Shown piece after piece: positions 40,507 through 49,983 of a stretch of 64,000 nucleotides of DNA. A program made the position numbers and the translations under genes. The notes below the pieces were generated by a model. It was not told the origin of the DNA. It saw only the letters and a program-made list of their open reading frames with translations, and ran no database searches. Source of the stretch: a virus (lineage: Duplodnaviria > Heunggongvirae > Uroviricota > Caudoviricetes). Within the stretch, counting starts at the first letter, position 1. Every line of letters begins with the position of its first letter. Location of the stretch: IMG/VR virus record IMGVR_UViG_2724679293_000007, positions 32,001-96,000 of that record. One strand, written 5' to 3'.

Positions 40507-40790
40507 GATGTGTGCTGGAGGGATGATGCAGGACCAGAATGTGCGATAGAGGGAAGTCGCATTGAATTATGTGTTGTGGAGGGATCGCTGGTATCAAATA
40601 TGTGCGCTGAAGGGAAAGATAGAAGATTAGATGTGCGCTGGAGGGAAACTTGGATGGTTAGATGTGTGCTGGAGGGAATGTCTGGGCAAACTGCGTGGCG
40701 CAACCCTCCAGCGCACACCAAAAACAGGAAAATGGGCAGGCATTCCCGGCAGCGCACATTTTTCAAATGCAGCTGCCCTCCAGCACACAC
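40507..40790. repeat. incA-type iteron array (about nine 19-bp RepA-binding repeats)
   Basis: Repeats of GATGTG(T/C)GCTGGAGGGA in both orientations between repA and parA. Confidence 0.85.
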
Positions 40791-41651
40791 TTATTCGGGA
40801 AGTTTCAGCTTTGGATTGCGAGAATGGACGATTACAAAACTTTCCCGGCCTTTCTTCTCAATTGAACAGTCGAGATAGCCGATTGTTTTAAGCTGTTCTA
40901 TCGCTTTCTTAATGATACGGTTTTGCTCGCCAACAGCTGACTGCAAAGCCAGGCGCTCACGGATTCGCGCGAACGATAGCGGCAACGGGTTCTGCGGAAG
41001 GCTTTCGATGAAAGTGTAAATGGCTTGTGCAGCTTCTTTCTTCGGAAGAGCACGCAAGGCGTGGTGTTGCAACAGAACGCGATAATCAAGCTGGAACAGC
41101 TCCCAGAGCTTCGAATCGGCCTCCAGCTCTATCAGATCAAGGTCAGCATCAAAACGCCCGACCTTCAGCAGACCAGTCTGATAGCCGCCTTTAGCATCTT
41201 TTCCGCGCTTAAAAGCGATACCCTTGTTACGCAAGCGTCCAAGTGATTCATGAATGGTTAAACGCAGTTTCGCATCCAGACGTTTTGAGGGGAAACCACA
41301 GGCTTTAGCGAACTCCTGAAACGATAACTGGATGGTGTTTGAAGACAAGCCGTATTTGCTGAACGCGTAGATGACACCGATCCACGTTTTGAAATCAGTA
41401 TCCATATCGAGTCGAGGACCGGTGATTTTAATATCATCGTAACCCTCGGCTTTAGCTATCTCCAGCTGGGAAAACGCTTTGGTGGCATCAATCTCTTTAC
41501 TTTCTCCTTTGCTCTTTGATGGCTTCGGAACGAATACCCCCAAGCGCATCAACGCTACAGGCTGCACAGTGTTGTTTGAATTAACTGTTAGTTCTTTTGC
41601 CTTACTTTCAATGTCTGCGTAAAGAATATCGGAGATAAATGATTGATTCAT
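40791..41651 (-). CDS. repA: RepA plasmid replication initiator (286 aa)
   Basis: Matches P1 RepA as recalled; flanked by iterons. Confidence 0.93.
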   Translation of the reverse strand: MNQSFISDILYADIESKAKELTVNSNNTVQPVALMRLGVFVPKPSKSKGESKEIDATKAFSQLEIAKAEGYDDIKITGPRLDMDTDFKTWIGVIYAFSKYGLSSNTIQLSFQEFAKACGFPSKRLDAKLRLTIHESLGRLRNKGIAFKRGKDAKGGYQTGLLKVGRFDADLDLIELEADSKLWELFQLDYRVLLQHHALRALPKKEAAQAIYTFIESLPQNPLPLSFARIRERLALQSAVGEQNRIIKKAIEQLKTIGYLDCSIEKKGRESFVIVHSRNPKLKLPE

Positions 41652-41707
41652 ATTACTTTTTCCGAATTATGTGGATAGTTTTTATAAGTGATGATAACTA
41701 CCCAGGC

Positions 41708-41812
41708 TTTCCCGTCAGCACACATCCTATATCCCGCCAGCACACATTAGCAACCCGTCAGCACACATTTTTATCCCGCCAGCACACATCGTTTTCCCTC
41801 CAGCACACATCG
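41708..41812. repeat. incC/oriR iterons (five 19-bp repeats)
   Basis: Five copies of (t/c)ccc(g/t)(t/c)cagcacacat(c/t) immediately upstream of repA. Confidence 0.85.
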
Positions 41813-41849
41813 CGATACACTTCTAGGCCAGACGTGGCGCGGCCTGCAA

Positions 41850-41930
41850 CGATCAGGGATCTATATGGATCTAATTGGGATCTGTATGGACCTAATTATT
41901 GGATCTATCCAGTGGATAATGTGGATAAGT
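41850..41930. promoter_or_regulatory. oriR origin core: GATC cluster plus DnaA boxes
   Basis: Five GATC sites within about 55 bp (41851..41905) followed by tandem DnaA-box-like agtggataa / tgtggataa. Confidence 0.7.
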
Positions 41931-41969
41931 GAAAAACCGGCCAACAAAGCCGGTTGGAAGGAAGCTGTA

Positions 41970-42362
41970 TTATTCTATGCTTTCGATGAGAAGACCATGT
42001 TCATAACATTTAAGCTCATCGCCTTCGTACAGGAATTGGTATCCAATACCACCATCTTCATGGACATTAGGGAATAACTCATAACTCACTGAAGAGCAAA
42101 TCACACCAATACAGCGATCAACGCCTTCTCGTTCTTCAGTGCTGAAAAAATCCTCTTCGGTAAGAACATGAGTACATTGCTCATCAGCATAGGTCGGAAA
42201 TACATGCTCAATGCAATCCGGGTGTTTTAAACCAAGCTGATCGGCAAGCTCGAAAGCACGACGGTATTGTTCAGATCCTAGCTTGCCAACAGTGATTTGC
42301 TCAATTTTGTAGATTGAAGTCGCTTTGTTGATAGTTTGCTTTACTGTTACTTTATCAGACAT
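41970..42362 (-). CDS. Hypothetical protein (130 aa)
   Basis: ORF; Cys/His-containing. Confidence 0.4.
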   Translation of the reverse strand: MSDKVTVKQTINKATSIYKIEQITVGKLGSEQYRRAFELADQLGLKHPDCIEHVFPTYADEQCTHVLTEEDFFSTEEREGVDRCIGVICSSVSYELFPNVHEDGGIGYQFLYEGDELKCYEHGLLIESIE

Positions 42363-42373
42363 AAAAATCCCTT

Positions 42374-42625
42374 TTAGTTACCGCTAATAGCTCGGTTGTA
42401 ATCATTAACGTTGCGATTCTTCCTGTTAATCCCCATCAGCATCGTTTCTGTATCGAGGATATACGCTGGCAGATCATCAAAATATTCACTGCTAAACTCT
42501 GGCATCCTGCACATAAATGCACTTTTTGGGTCAGGGTGGTTAACCTTTGTCGGCGTCGGCGTTAAATTCGCTGATCGACTCCCGGAGCAACCGCTGAGTG
42601 TCAGCAGGAATACGCTGGCGAACAT
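42374..42625 (-). CDS. Pro-rich lipoprotein (o-spanin-like; start at internal Met)
   Basis: Lipobox LTLSGC; Pro-rich TPTPTKVNHPDPKS; overlaps the 3' end of the upstream TM/coiled-coil gene. Confidence 0.45.
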   Translation of the reverse strand: MFASVFLLTLSGCSGSRSANLTPTPTKVNHPDPKSAFMCRMPEFSSEYFDDLPAYILDTETMLMGINRKNRNVNDYNRAISGN

Positions 42626-42962
42626 TACCCGCCGCAACCAGTTGTTTCTGAACTTCAGCTTTTCGTTCCATTTGCCCGTCAGCATATTTGGCTTGTTCTG
42701 ATTCATTTTTCACTTCCTGGCTGTGAAAATGTTGCTCTGCTTTGTTCATCGTCTCAATGGTCTGGTTAAGATCCATTATTGACTTATCACGTTCCTTAAC
42801 AGCCTGATCAAGACTGCCAATTTTCTCCATGGCTTGCTTTAGCTGATGACGTTCCCATGCAAACCCAGCACCAACAAGTGCGCAAATCAGAACAAGAACA
42901 CCAGTAGCAGCATGTTTCTCCTTCAAAGACAAAGCTGTTTTTAACGTAGAAAAGAATGACAT
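42540..42962 (-). CDS. N-terminal TM plus coiled-coil protein (i-spanin-like)
   Basis: TM ATGVLVLICALVGAGFAW followed by a charged helical region. Confidence 0.45.
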   Translation of the reverse strand: MSFFSTLKTALSLKEKHAATGVLVLICALVGAGFAWERHQLKQAMEKIGSLDQAVKERDKSIMDLNQTIETMNKAEQHFHSQEVKNESEQAKYADGQMERKAEVQKQLVAAGNVRQRIPADTQRLLRESISEFNADADKG

Positions 42963-43001
42963 GTCTTCCTCCTGAAGAAAAATTATCAATGAAGTCCTTT
43001 G

Positions 43002-43790
43002 TTACTGTGCCGCTTTGTTTAATTCATCAAGAACAGAATCAGGAACCAAAGCGGCAACTGCGCTGGCTGTGCTGGCCTTATTTGCTGATGCTTCCGCAAG
43101 CGCGGTACCGATAGCATGGTTATAAGCAGTTATGGCTACGTTGGCGCTTTCATTCGCTCGTTCATACTGCTGTTGTAACGCAGTTGTGGGCGCTGTTGTC
43201 TGGTTGAAAACAACCCCAAACTGTTCAGTTGCTACTTTCAGAGATTCAATTTGCTCTTCTGTTAGTGCTGGTGGGGGAGTGGCAGTGCCGCCGCCTGAAC
43301 CAGAGCCTGACGAGCTTCCTGAGCCAGTGTTAAGGGTCTGGTTAATCTCCCCCATAGCAGCGACTAAACTTGATGTATTAAGCGCGTTAACAGCGTCCTC
43401 AAGCGATTTAGTAATATTCACATCACCAATGGCAATAGAGATCGGCAGTTCTGAAACTTCTCGCTCATTAGCACGGCAGTAAACATCCCAACCAATATCG
43501 AGTTGAAGCAGCATTGACAGATCGGCATAACCAGCCAACAGGTCCGCGTGCTTAGTTGCCAGTTCTCCAATGTTCGTTAAGCCGGTTGTGGTTGTTCTGA
43601 TCGTTGAAACATAGCTGGTAATAGTGTCAGGATAGACAATTGTATCCAGAATTAATCCGGTCAATTCTTCTGCAAGCAGTTTTGCTGTGTTAGCACTGTT
43701 TCGTGCCGATGTTATGGCACCAGGTGTTTTCATCCCACCGGCGGCGGCCAATTTTTTATATGCGGATAACTGGTAGTCTTTTTCCAGCAT
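43002..43790 (-). CDS. Hypothetical protein with Gly/Ser-rich linker (start at MLEKDY)
   Basis: ORF; GSGSSSGSGSGGG linker. Confidence 0.4.
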   Translation of the reverse strand: MLEKDYQLSAYKKLAAAGGMKTPGAITSARNSANTAKLLAEELTGLILDTIVYPDTITSYVSTIRTTTTGLTNIGELATKHADLLAGYADLSMLLQLDIGWDVYCRANEREVSELPISIAIGDVNITKSLEDAVNALNTSSLVAAMGEINQTLNTGSGSSSGSGSGGGTATPPPALTEEQIESLKVATEQFGVVFNQTTAPTTALQQQYERANESANVAITAYNHAIGTALAEASANKASTASAVAALVPDSVLDELNKAAQ

Positions 43791-43798
43791 GATATCTC

Positions 43799-44083
43799 CT
43801 AACTTACCTGAACCAGGCCGTCTCCGGACGCTACGGTAGATCCGCATGAAACAGGGTCACCAACGCATACGATCCCTTTACCATTGACGGTAAACCATGC
43901 CCTGGTTGATATAGCTTGCCCACCGTGCGTACTGTTTCCATCGGTATGCTGTGCATATTGCTTACCATCAACTAACACTTCGACTCCGTTGACTTTAAGT
44001 AGTGGTTCACTCTCTACAGGAGGCCTGGATGGGAATCCTCCGTGCCCCGAACAAATGCTGTCTTTTGTTGCAATACTTGCCAC
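43799..44083 (-). CDS. PAAR-like spike-tip protein (94 aa)
   Basis: Gly/Cys/His pattern (CSGHGG...HTDGNSTHGG...CVGDPVSCGS) typical of PAAR domains. Confidence 0.45.
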   Translation of the reverse strand: MASIATKDSICSGHGGFPSRPPVESEPLLKVNGVEVLVDGKQYAQHTDGNSTHGGQAISTRAWFTVNGKGIVCVGDPVSCGSTVASGDGLVQVS

Positions 44084-44164
44084 GCCATCACCAATTATTT
44101 GCTCTGATTTTCGTTATTTTAACTTAAGTTATTTGTGGGCTGTATGGCGTTTACTTATTACAAA

Positions 44165-44181
44165 ATTGCTCTAATAAATAT
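44165..44181 (+). promoter_or_regulatory. C1 operator
   Basis: attgctctaataaatat, 16/17 match to consensus, upstream of the 44253 gene. Confidence 0.65.
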
Positions 44182-44252
44182 TGTTTTTTGTGTCGTATTT
44201 TCGGTACCATTCAGCCATCGCCCTTCAATGGGCATTTGTTTGGAGTCGTCAG

Positions 44253-44537
44253 ATGCAGATGGAGCTAATAAGCCGCAAAGAGTTCGATAGCCGTGTAACC
44301 AGCGGTGAACTCGACAACTTGCAGGCTATCAAGGTGAAAGAAGGCTTTTGCCTCATTGGGAATCAGAGCGGAACAAATCGCGTTTTTATGCTTCGCCGTA
44401 CGGATTTGAAGCCATTTGTCTGGAAGAACGAAATTGGTCCCAGCTCATACGCTCAAACGAGGGGGTGCCACAACCTGGCCTTTTTCTACAAAGACGAGCT
44501 TTCTGTGGTTGATATTCAAGGGTTACAACATGTTTAA
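44253..44537 (+). CDS. Hypothetical protein (94 aa from MQMELISRK)
   Basis: ORF; overlaps the rdgC-like start by 8 bp. Confidence 0.4.
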   Translation: MQMELISRKEFDSRVTSGELDNLQAIKVKEGFCLIGNQSGTNRVFMLRRTDLKPFVWKNEIGPSSYAQTRGCHNLAFFYKDELSVVDIQGLQHV

Positions 44538-45435
44538 GCACTGGAAAAACATTACTATTTATAAACTTTCTCGTGAGGCGGATCTGACCGACTTAGAAGA
44601 TAAAAAGAAAATGATCCTTTTCACGCCATGCGGTAGTCAGGATATGGCCAAGTTCGGTTTTGTATCGCCATTTGGTGATAATTCCGAAGTTATCGCTATG
44701 CATGGAAATGGTTTTATCCTTGTTGAAGCAAAGCGCGAAACAAAAATTCTTCCCCCGCCGGTTATCCAGCGAGCTATTCAAGAAAAAATTGAAAAACTTG
44801 AGCAAGAACAAGCGCGTAAACTGAAGAAAACAGAGAAGGACTCCCTGAAAGACGAAGTTCTGCATTCTCTTCTTCCACGGGCTTTTTCAAAGTTTTCTGT
44901 TATCCAGGCGATCTACGACGGTTCAACTAAACGTATCTATATCAATGCCAGCGCGCGGCAGGCAGAAGATATGCTCGCGCTTATGCGTAAGTCTCTGGGT
45001 TCTCTTCCTGTTGTTCCCCTGAGTGTTGAAAATCCCATTGAATTAACGCTGACCGACTGGGTACGTGATGGTAGTGCTCCACAGGGATTTCAAATGGGGG
45101 ATGCGGCAGAACTTAAGGCAGTGCTTGAGGATGGCGGTATTGCCCGAGTGAAAAAGCAGGATTTGGGAAGCGATGAAATTTCCACACACCTGGAAGCTGG
45201 CAAGCTCGTCACTAAGTTGGCACTCGACTGGCAGAACCGCATTAAATTTACACTGGACCATAACTTCAGCCTTACCAGCGTCAAATTTGCGGATGAATTG
45301 CTTGAGCAGAACTCTGATATTGATAGTGAAGATGTTGCGCAGCGACTGGACGCAGATTTCTTCCTGTTGACCAGTGAAATTTCGTGCCTGGTTGATGCTC
45401 TGGTAAATGCCCTTGGTGGAGAGGCTAAGCAGTGA
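44530..45435 (+). CDS. RdgC-like recombination-associated protein (start refined to [13 protein letters not shown])
   Basis: Strong similarity to RdgC along its length ([45 protein letters not shown]). Confidence 0.85.
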   Translation: MFKHWKNITIYKLSREADLTDLEDKKKMILFTPCGSQDMAKFGFVSPFGDNSEVIAMHGNGFILVEAKRETKILPPPVIQRAIQEKIEKLEQEQARKLKKTEKDSLKDEVLHSLLPRAFSKFSVIQAIYDGSTKRIYINASARQAEDMLALMRKSLGSLPVVPLSVENPIELTLTDWVRDGSAPQGFQMGDAAELKAVLEDGGIARVKKQDLGSDEISTHLEAGKLVTKLALDWQNRIKFTLDHNFSLTSVKFADELLEQNSDIDSEDVAQRLDADFFLLTSEISCLVDALVNALGGEAKQ

Positions 45436-47450
45436 AAGAGCTGTGCTATGGATCTGTTTGCAGTGGAATTGAAGCCGCGAGTATTGCCTGGGAACCGTTG
45501 GGTATGCGTCCGGCGTGGTTTGCTGAAATCGAGCCTTTTCCATCTGCCGTTCTTGCGCACCGCTGGCCCCATGTCGCCAACCTTGGCGACATGACAAAAC
45601 TTGCCAAAAAAGTCCTGGCTGGGGAAATCGAATCCCCTGATGTGCTCGTCGGGGGAACACCTTGTCAGGCATTCAGTATCGCGGGATTAGGTGGTGGGCT
45701 TGATGATGAGCGTGGCGCGCTAACTTTAAAGTATGTGGAGCTTGCAAATGCAATTGACGACAAACGGGCTGAGTCATTTCTCAAACCAGCAGTTATCGTC
45801 TGGGAAAATGTCCCAGGAGTCTTGTCATCGGCAGATAACGCCTTCGGATGTTTCCTTGCCGGATTGGCTGGAGAAGATGCGCCATTCGAACCAGGTGATC
45901 GACCTGAATCAGGAAAAAGTAACGCGTTCTGGCGGTGGGATGTCAAAACCGGTTGCCATGCTCCAAAGTGGCCGCAGTGTGGTTGTATTTATGGACCGCA
46001 GCGAAAAGTGGCCTGGAGAATCCTTGATGCCCAATACTTCGGAGTGGCACAACGACGCCGACGCGTGTTTGTTGTCGCAAGTGCTCGAACAGACCTCGAT
46101 CCCGCAACGGTACTTTTTGAGTTCGAAGGCGTGCGCCGGAATATTGCGCCGAGCAGAGGCGAGGGGAAGGAAACTACCAGATATACTTCAAACATCGCTA
46201 TCAGAACTTGCGATGATACAAACATAATTGCCATGGCACATGGGCAAGGAGGGGCTGAGATAAAAACCGATAATTCGGCACCAACTTTGACATGTAACCA
46301 TGAAGCACCAATTGTATTGCTCGGCGACGGTAGAATGCGCCGTCTTACCCCTGTCGAATGTGAAAGGCTGCAAGGTTTTCCTGATGGACATACATTGATC
46401 CCTACGGAAAAGCGTAAAAAAGTTTCTTCAGATGAACTGGCATACCTTCGCAAAAACTATCCTGATTTGAGCGAAGAAGAGGCCGCGATGCTTGCAGCTG
46501 ACGGACCGCGTTACAAAGCGATCGGCAATAGTATGGCGATACCAGTAATGCGCTGGATTGGCGATCGGATTACCAAGGCTGCATGTCGGCAGAATGAAGG
46601 GAATGAAACAAAAGAGCGAAAAGTTAAACCAGCGGCAGAATTCGAACGGTCCATATTCAAATGGGCTGGTGGAAAATTTGGTGTTCTGGAACAAATCTTT
46701 CGCTATTTGCCAGAAGGGAAGCGCCTGATTGAACCTTTTGTCGGTGGCGGAGCTGTCTTCATGAATGCCGGATACAAGGAAAATCTGCTAAATGATGTGA
46801 ATGCTGACCTGATTAACTTTTACAAGACTTTGCAACGTGAGGAACGTTCACTTATCACTCTGGCGCATCGGTTTTTCCAGGACTACAACACACAGGAAGG
46901 ATACCTGGCAGTACGGAATGCGTTTAACAAACAAGTCTATGATGATTTACATCGCGCAGCGGCGTTTTTGTTCCTGAACCGACATTGTTTTAACGGATTG
47001 ACGCGTTACAACCAGGCCGGTGAGTTCAATGTCGGTTATGGGAAGTATAAAACTCCGTATTTCCCATTGCAGGAGATGGAAGCCTTCCTTGGTGCGGAAG
47101 GGCGTTCTGAGTTTGTATGTGGTGATTTTGCTGCGGTGATTGAAGCTGCCGGAGAAGGAGATGTCATTTTTTGCGATCCGCCATATGAACCGCTTCCAAA
47201 TACAGAGGGATTCACGAACTATTCCGGTCATGACTTTAAGTTTGAAGAGCAAAAACGCCTGGTGTCTCTGTTGACGGATGCTCATCGCCGAGGTGCAAAG
47301 GTTCTCATTACTAACAGTGGCGCGCCAAACATCAGAGAGCTTTATCATGACAATGGCTTCAGAGTGGAACCTCTTTTTGCCAGACGTTCTGTGTCTTGTA
47401 AGGGGGACACTCGAGGTGTTGCTCATGACGTTTTAGGTATATTGCTCTAA
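45432..47450 (+). CDS. dmt: Bifunctional DNA methyltransferase: N-terminal C5-cytosine MTase plus C-terminal Dam-like N6-adenine MTase
   Basis: C5 motifs [28 protein letters not shown]; Dam-like [35 protein letters not shown] and DPPY. Confidence 0.85.
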   Translation: MKELCYGSVCSGIEAASIAWEPLGMRPAWFAEIEPFPSAVLAHRWPHVANLGDMTKLAKKVLAGEIESPDVLVGGTPCQAFSIAGLGGGLDDERGALTLKYVELANAIDDKRAESFLKPAVIVWENVPGVLSSADNAFGCFLAGLAGEDAPFEPGDRPESGKSNAFWRWDVKTGCHAPKWPQCGCIYGPQRKVAWRILDAQYFGVAQRRRRVFVVASARTDLDPATVLFEFEGVRRNIAPSRGEGKETTRYTSNIAIRTCDDTNIIAMAHGQGGAEIKTDNSAPTLTCNHEAPIVLLGDGRMRRLTPVECERLQGFPDGHTLIPTEKRKKVSSDELAYLRKNYPDLSEEEAAMLAADGPRYKAIGNSMAIPVMRWIGDRITKAACRQNEGNETKERKVKPAAEFERSIFKWAGGKFGVLEQIFRYLPEGKRLIEPFVGGGAVFMNAGYKENLLNDVNADLINFYKTLQREERSLITLAHRFFQDYNTQEGYLAVRNAFNKQVYDDLHRAAAFLFLNRHCFNGLTRYNQAGEFNVGYGKYKTPYFPLQEMEAFLGAEGRSEFVCGDFAAVIEAAGEGDVIFCDPPYEPLPNTEGFTNYSGHDFKFEEQKRLVSLLTDAHRRGAKVLITNSGAPNIRELYHDNGFRVEPLFARRSVSCKGDTRGVAHDVLGILL

Positions 47451-47457
47451 TAAATTT
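47441..47457 (+). promoter_or_regulatory. C1 operator (perfect consensus) with overlapping inverted partner
   Basis: attgctctaataaattt; continues as the palindrome ctaataaatttattag, giving a second imperfect operator on the - strand. Confidence 0.7.
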
Positions 47458-47631
47458 ATTAGTGTAATATCGCCTCAATGAATCGTGATTTATAGAGCGA
47501 TTTAGCTGTTAGCCGCGACAGGCGCGGCGGTAAGCATGGCTGGGCCTAGTCCTCCCAGACAAACCACCGAGTTGCCAGGTTGACCATGCGCCTAAGTGGC
47601 AACGCCGAAGTGCGTTACGAGCTTCCAGTTT

Positions 47632-47657
47632 GCCCATCTTCGGGTGGGCGTTTTTTT
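47632..47657 (+). terminator. Rho-independent terminator
   Basis: gcccatc-ttcg-ggtgggc stem-loop followed by TTTTTTT. Confidence 0.6.
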
Positions 47658-47835
47658 CAGGGTTTTCGTCATGGTTAGCGACTTTGCGGCGGTTTAGAAA
47701 CTGACCATTAAAGTAAATGCAAACGATAATCTGATGATGGTAGCGGCCTAAGAAGCCAGACGCCACGGGGTATGAGTCGTCCCCCGTCAAAAAATCGACC
47801 ACAGAGTGTCCCCGTCTGTGTATTAGGGAACGGGG

Positions 47836-48415
47836 AGGCACAACAGGTAAGGGCATTCTCCCTTATGGGGCTTGGCTTAAATGCATCGAGTGCTCTTACC
47901 GTTGTGATGAAGTGCAGCTCTTTGAAGCAACCAGAAGATAAGCATCTGGCTTCACAACATAAACCGCAGGAACGACCAATAAACGGTAGTCCGTATGGAG
48001 AACACCCCGTTGAGGAAGAGGCCTGGCCGGAACCGTAACCGGCACTACAACGTTGAGAACATTGGCGTAACGGGGTCATATCCCAATCTATGAATAAATG
48101 TCGCGAGGCAGCGTGACAACCAGTGTTCTCAACATTGTGGTGAATGCACAGGCTGATGTGCCGCAACTACAGTAGTGCGCGCTTTGCGGGGCTTGCTACA
48201 ACCCTGTGTCGGAGTTCAGCACCGACCATCACAGTTTGATTCTCTGGCATGAGCATAACGCTGAAATAAGTCCAGTCTGGTGCGGTCTGATCACCCGCCG
48301 TTAGCTCCACGAAACGGAGCACGTAACAGGTAAGAGCATTCTCCTGTAACGGGTTCATATCCCAATCTACAGGTCCACCAAGAATGCTCTTTCCGTTGCG
48401 GTGAATGCGGCTAAG
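47836..48415 (+). repeat. Three related hairpin repeat units in a non-coding region (about 47836..47912, 48048..48152, 48326..48412)
   Basis: Shared ggtaagRgcattctcc / gtaacgggKtcatatcccaatcta / gttgYgRtgaaKgc segments; each unit has an 11-13-bp stem; ORFs here are not protein-like. Confidence 0.5.
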
Positions 48416-48549
48416 CGCACGCGGGGAAATGGTTATATCTGTCCATTATTTCTCCTTGTTTCCCCGTCCACGGTAGATAACCAGCCAAAGGATACCGGGA
48501 GGCACCCGGCACCGCAGCTTTTTTATTCGTTAAATAATGGAGTGAGAGG

Positions 48550-48786
48550 ATGCAGAACAATCCGAACAAATGTCGAACGCTATGGGTGCGGTTATATATT
48601 TATGCCGTCCTCTGTTTGATTGTGTCACTGGTTCTGTATGTTTGGCTTTTGCCAAATATGATCTCATCTAACAGCACAATACTTGTATTGTTGGGAGTCC
48701 TTCTCGCGCTCATTTACCCGGCTTTCGCAGTAGTCTTTTTTCGTGAAAAAACCAGGAAATTAATTAATGAAAAAAACGTTGATTAG
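48550..48786 (+). CDS. Small membrane protein (78 aa)
   Basis: Two hydrophobic helices; precedes the lipoprotein gene. Confidence 0.45.
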   Translation: MQNNPNKCRTLWVRLYIYAVLCLIVSLVLYVWLLPNMISSNSTILVLLGVLLALIYPAFAVVFFREKTRKLINEKNVD

Positions 48787-49594
48787 TGCAGCGATTATTT
48801 TGGGTTCTTTATGTCTGACCGGATGCGATCGGGTAGAGCCAGGTAACGTAGGGATCAAAGTAAATAAGCTGGGGGATGATAAAGGTATCGGTGAAGTAGT
48901 TGGCGTTGGTCGCTACTGGACAGGCTTGAATACTGAAGTTTATATCTTCCCGACCTTTAAGCAAATGAAGACATACGATGAGCCGTTCAGCTTCCAGATG
49001 AGCGACGGAACAACCATTGGTTACCACATCGGCGTAGCCTACAAGGTTGATCCAGCAAAAGTCACAACGGTATTTCAGACCTATCGCAAAGGTGTAGATG
49101 ATATTACTGATACCGATCTACGCCAGAAGGTTGCAGATGCTCTGAACCGGTTAGCCAGCAAAATGACCACCGACAAATTTATCGACGGTGGCAAATCTGA
49201 ATTGCTTGATGCAGCCCTTAAAGACATTCAGGAAGAAATGACGCCAATCGGCATTCAGGTGATGAGCCTCTCTTATGTAGGTAAGCCAGAATACCCGCCA
49301 ACAGTTATTGACAGTATTAACGCCAAAGTCACGGCAAACCAAAAAACCCTGCAACGCGAGCAAGAGGTCAAACAACGTGAAGCAGAGGCCAACATGCTGC
49401 GCGCGGAAGCTGCCGGACAGGCTGATGCTATTCGCACAAAAGCCCAGGCCGAAGCTGATGCCATTCGTTTACGTGGTGAAGCTCTGCGCCAGAACCCCGG
49501 TGTTATGGAGTTGGAAGCGATCAACAAATGGAACGGTACATTACCGCAGTATATGACCAGTAATACCGCTGTTCCGTTTGTTCCGGTGAAATAA
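48767..49594 (+). CDS. plp: SPFH/band-7 (prohibitin-like) lipoprotein (275 aa)
   Basis: Lipobox LCLTGC; SPFH-like core; C-terminal coiled coil. Confidence 0.65.
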   Translation: MKKTLISAAIILGSLCLTGCDRVEPGNVGIKVNKLGDDKGIGEVVGVGRYWTGLNTEVYIFPTFKQMKTYDEPFSFQMSDGTTIGYHIGVAYKVDPAKVTTVFQTYRKGVDDITDTDLRQKVADALNRLASKMTTDKFIDGGKSELLDAALKDIQEEMTPIGIQVMSLSYVGKPEYPPTVIDSINAKVTANQKTLQREQEVKQREAEANMLRAEAAGQADAIRTKAQAEADAIRLRGEALRQNPGVMELEAINKWNGTLPQYMTSNTAVPFVPVK

Positions 49595-49621
49595 AAGTGT
49601 AAGCAAAATTGGCAGTAATCC

Positions 49622-49697
49622 GGCCCTTTAGCTCAGTGGTTAGAGCTGGCGACTCATAATCGCACGGTCACCGGTTCAAGTCCGGTAGGGGCCACCA
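49622..49697 (+). tRNA. tRNA with CAU anticodon, tRNA-Ile2 (lysidine)-like, with encoded CCA
   Basis: 76-nt cloverleaf; anticodon loop CUCAUAA; G1-C72 pair; T-arm GGTTCAAGTCC; near-identical to E. coli ileX as recalled. Confidence 0.9.
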
Positions 49698-49983
49698 CAT
49701 TTGGTTGTAACACGGCGTCTGGCACATGCGTCGTTAGCGGTCTGGTGACGTTAAAAGGGGGGAACCTTGCCCCTAGCTCAGGCAACGAACCAGGTAGCCG
49801 GAATGTGCAAGCCACCGTTTGTTGTTTTTCGGGTAAAGGGATTCACCATCCTGGCGATTCGGTGTGACAGCCGGGAAGAGTCCGGCGCATTAATCCTGAT
49901 TTTCTGGTGATGACTCATATCGTTAGGAGTGATTTGAGTATGCCGATTATATCTGACATTCAGCACACCAGGATGGAGTGTTA

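Noticed and set aside
47441-47457. TTGCTCTAATAAAT boxes interpreted as Lpa-dependent late promoters
   Set aside because: The 17-mer matches the asymmetric C1 repressor operator consensus (ATTGCTCTAATAAATTT) as I recall it, and the boxes sit before early/lysogeny-controlled operons (kilA-repL, ban region). I could not define a convincing late-promoter motif by eye.
47509-48166. Six-frame ORFs of 115, 152 and 88 aa inside the non-coding locus
   Set aside because: Cys/Arg/Gly-rich low-complexity translations, mutually overlapping on both strands, with no start or Shine-Dalgarno context; better explained as structured non-coding DNA.
47836-48415. Possible CRISPR array or tRNA cluster in the non-coding region
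   Set aside because: The repeat units are imperfect, unequal in length and irregularly spaced, with no conserved short direct repeat or spacer periodicity. No cloverleaf with T-loop GTTCGA/GTTCAA was found except the tRNA at 49622.
48495-48524. Possible terminator ccggg-aggca-cccgg at the end of the non-coding locus
   Set aside because: The T run begins about 10 nt after the stem, so it is not a canonical intrinsic terminator.
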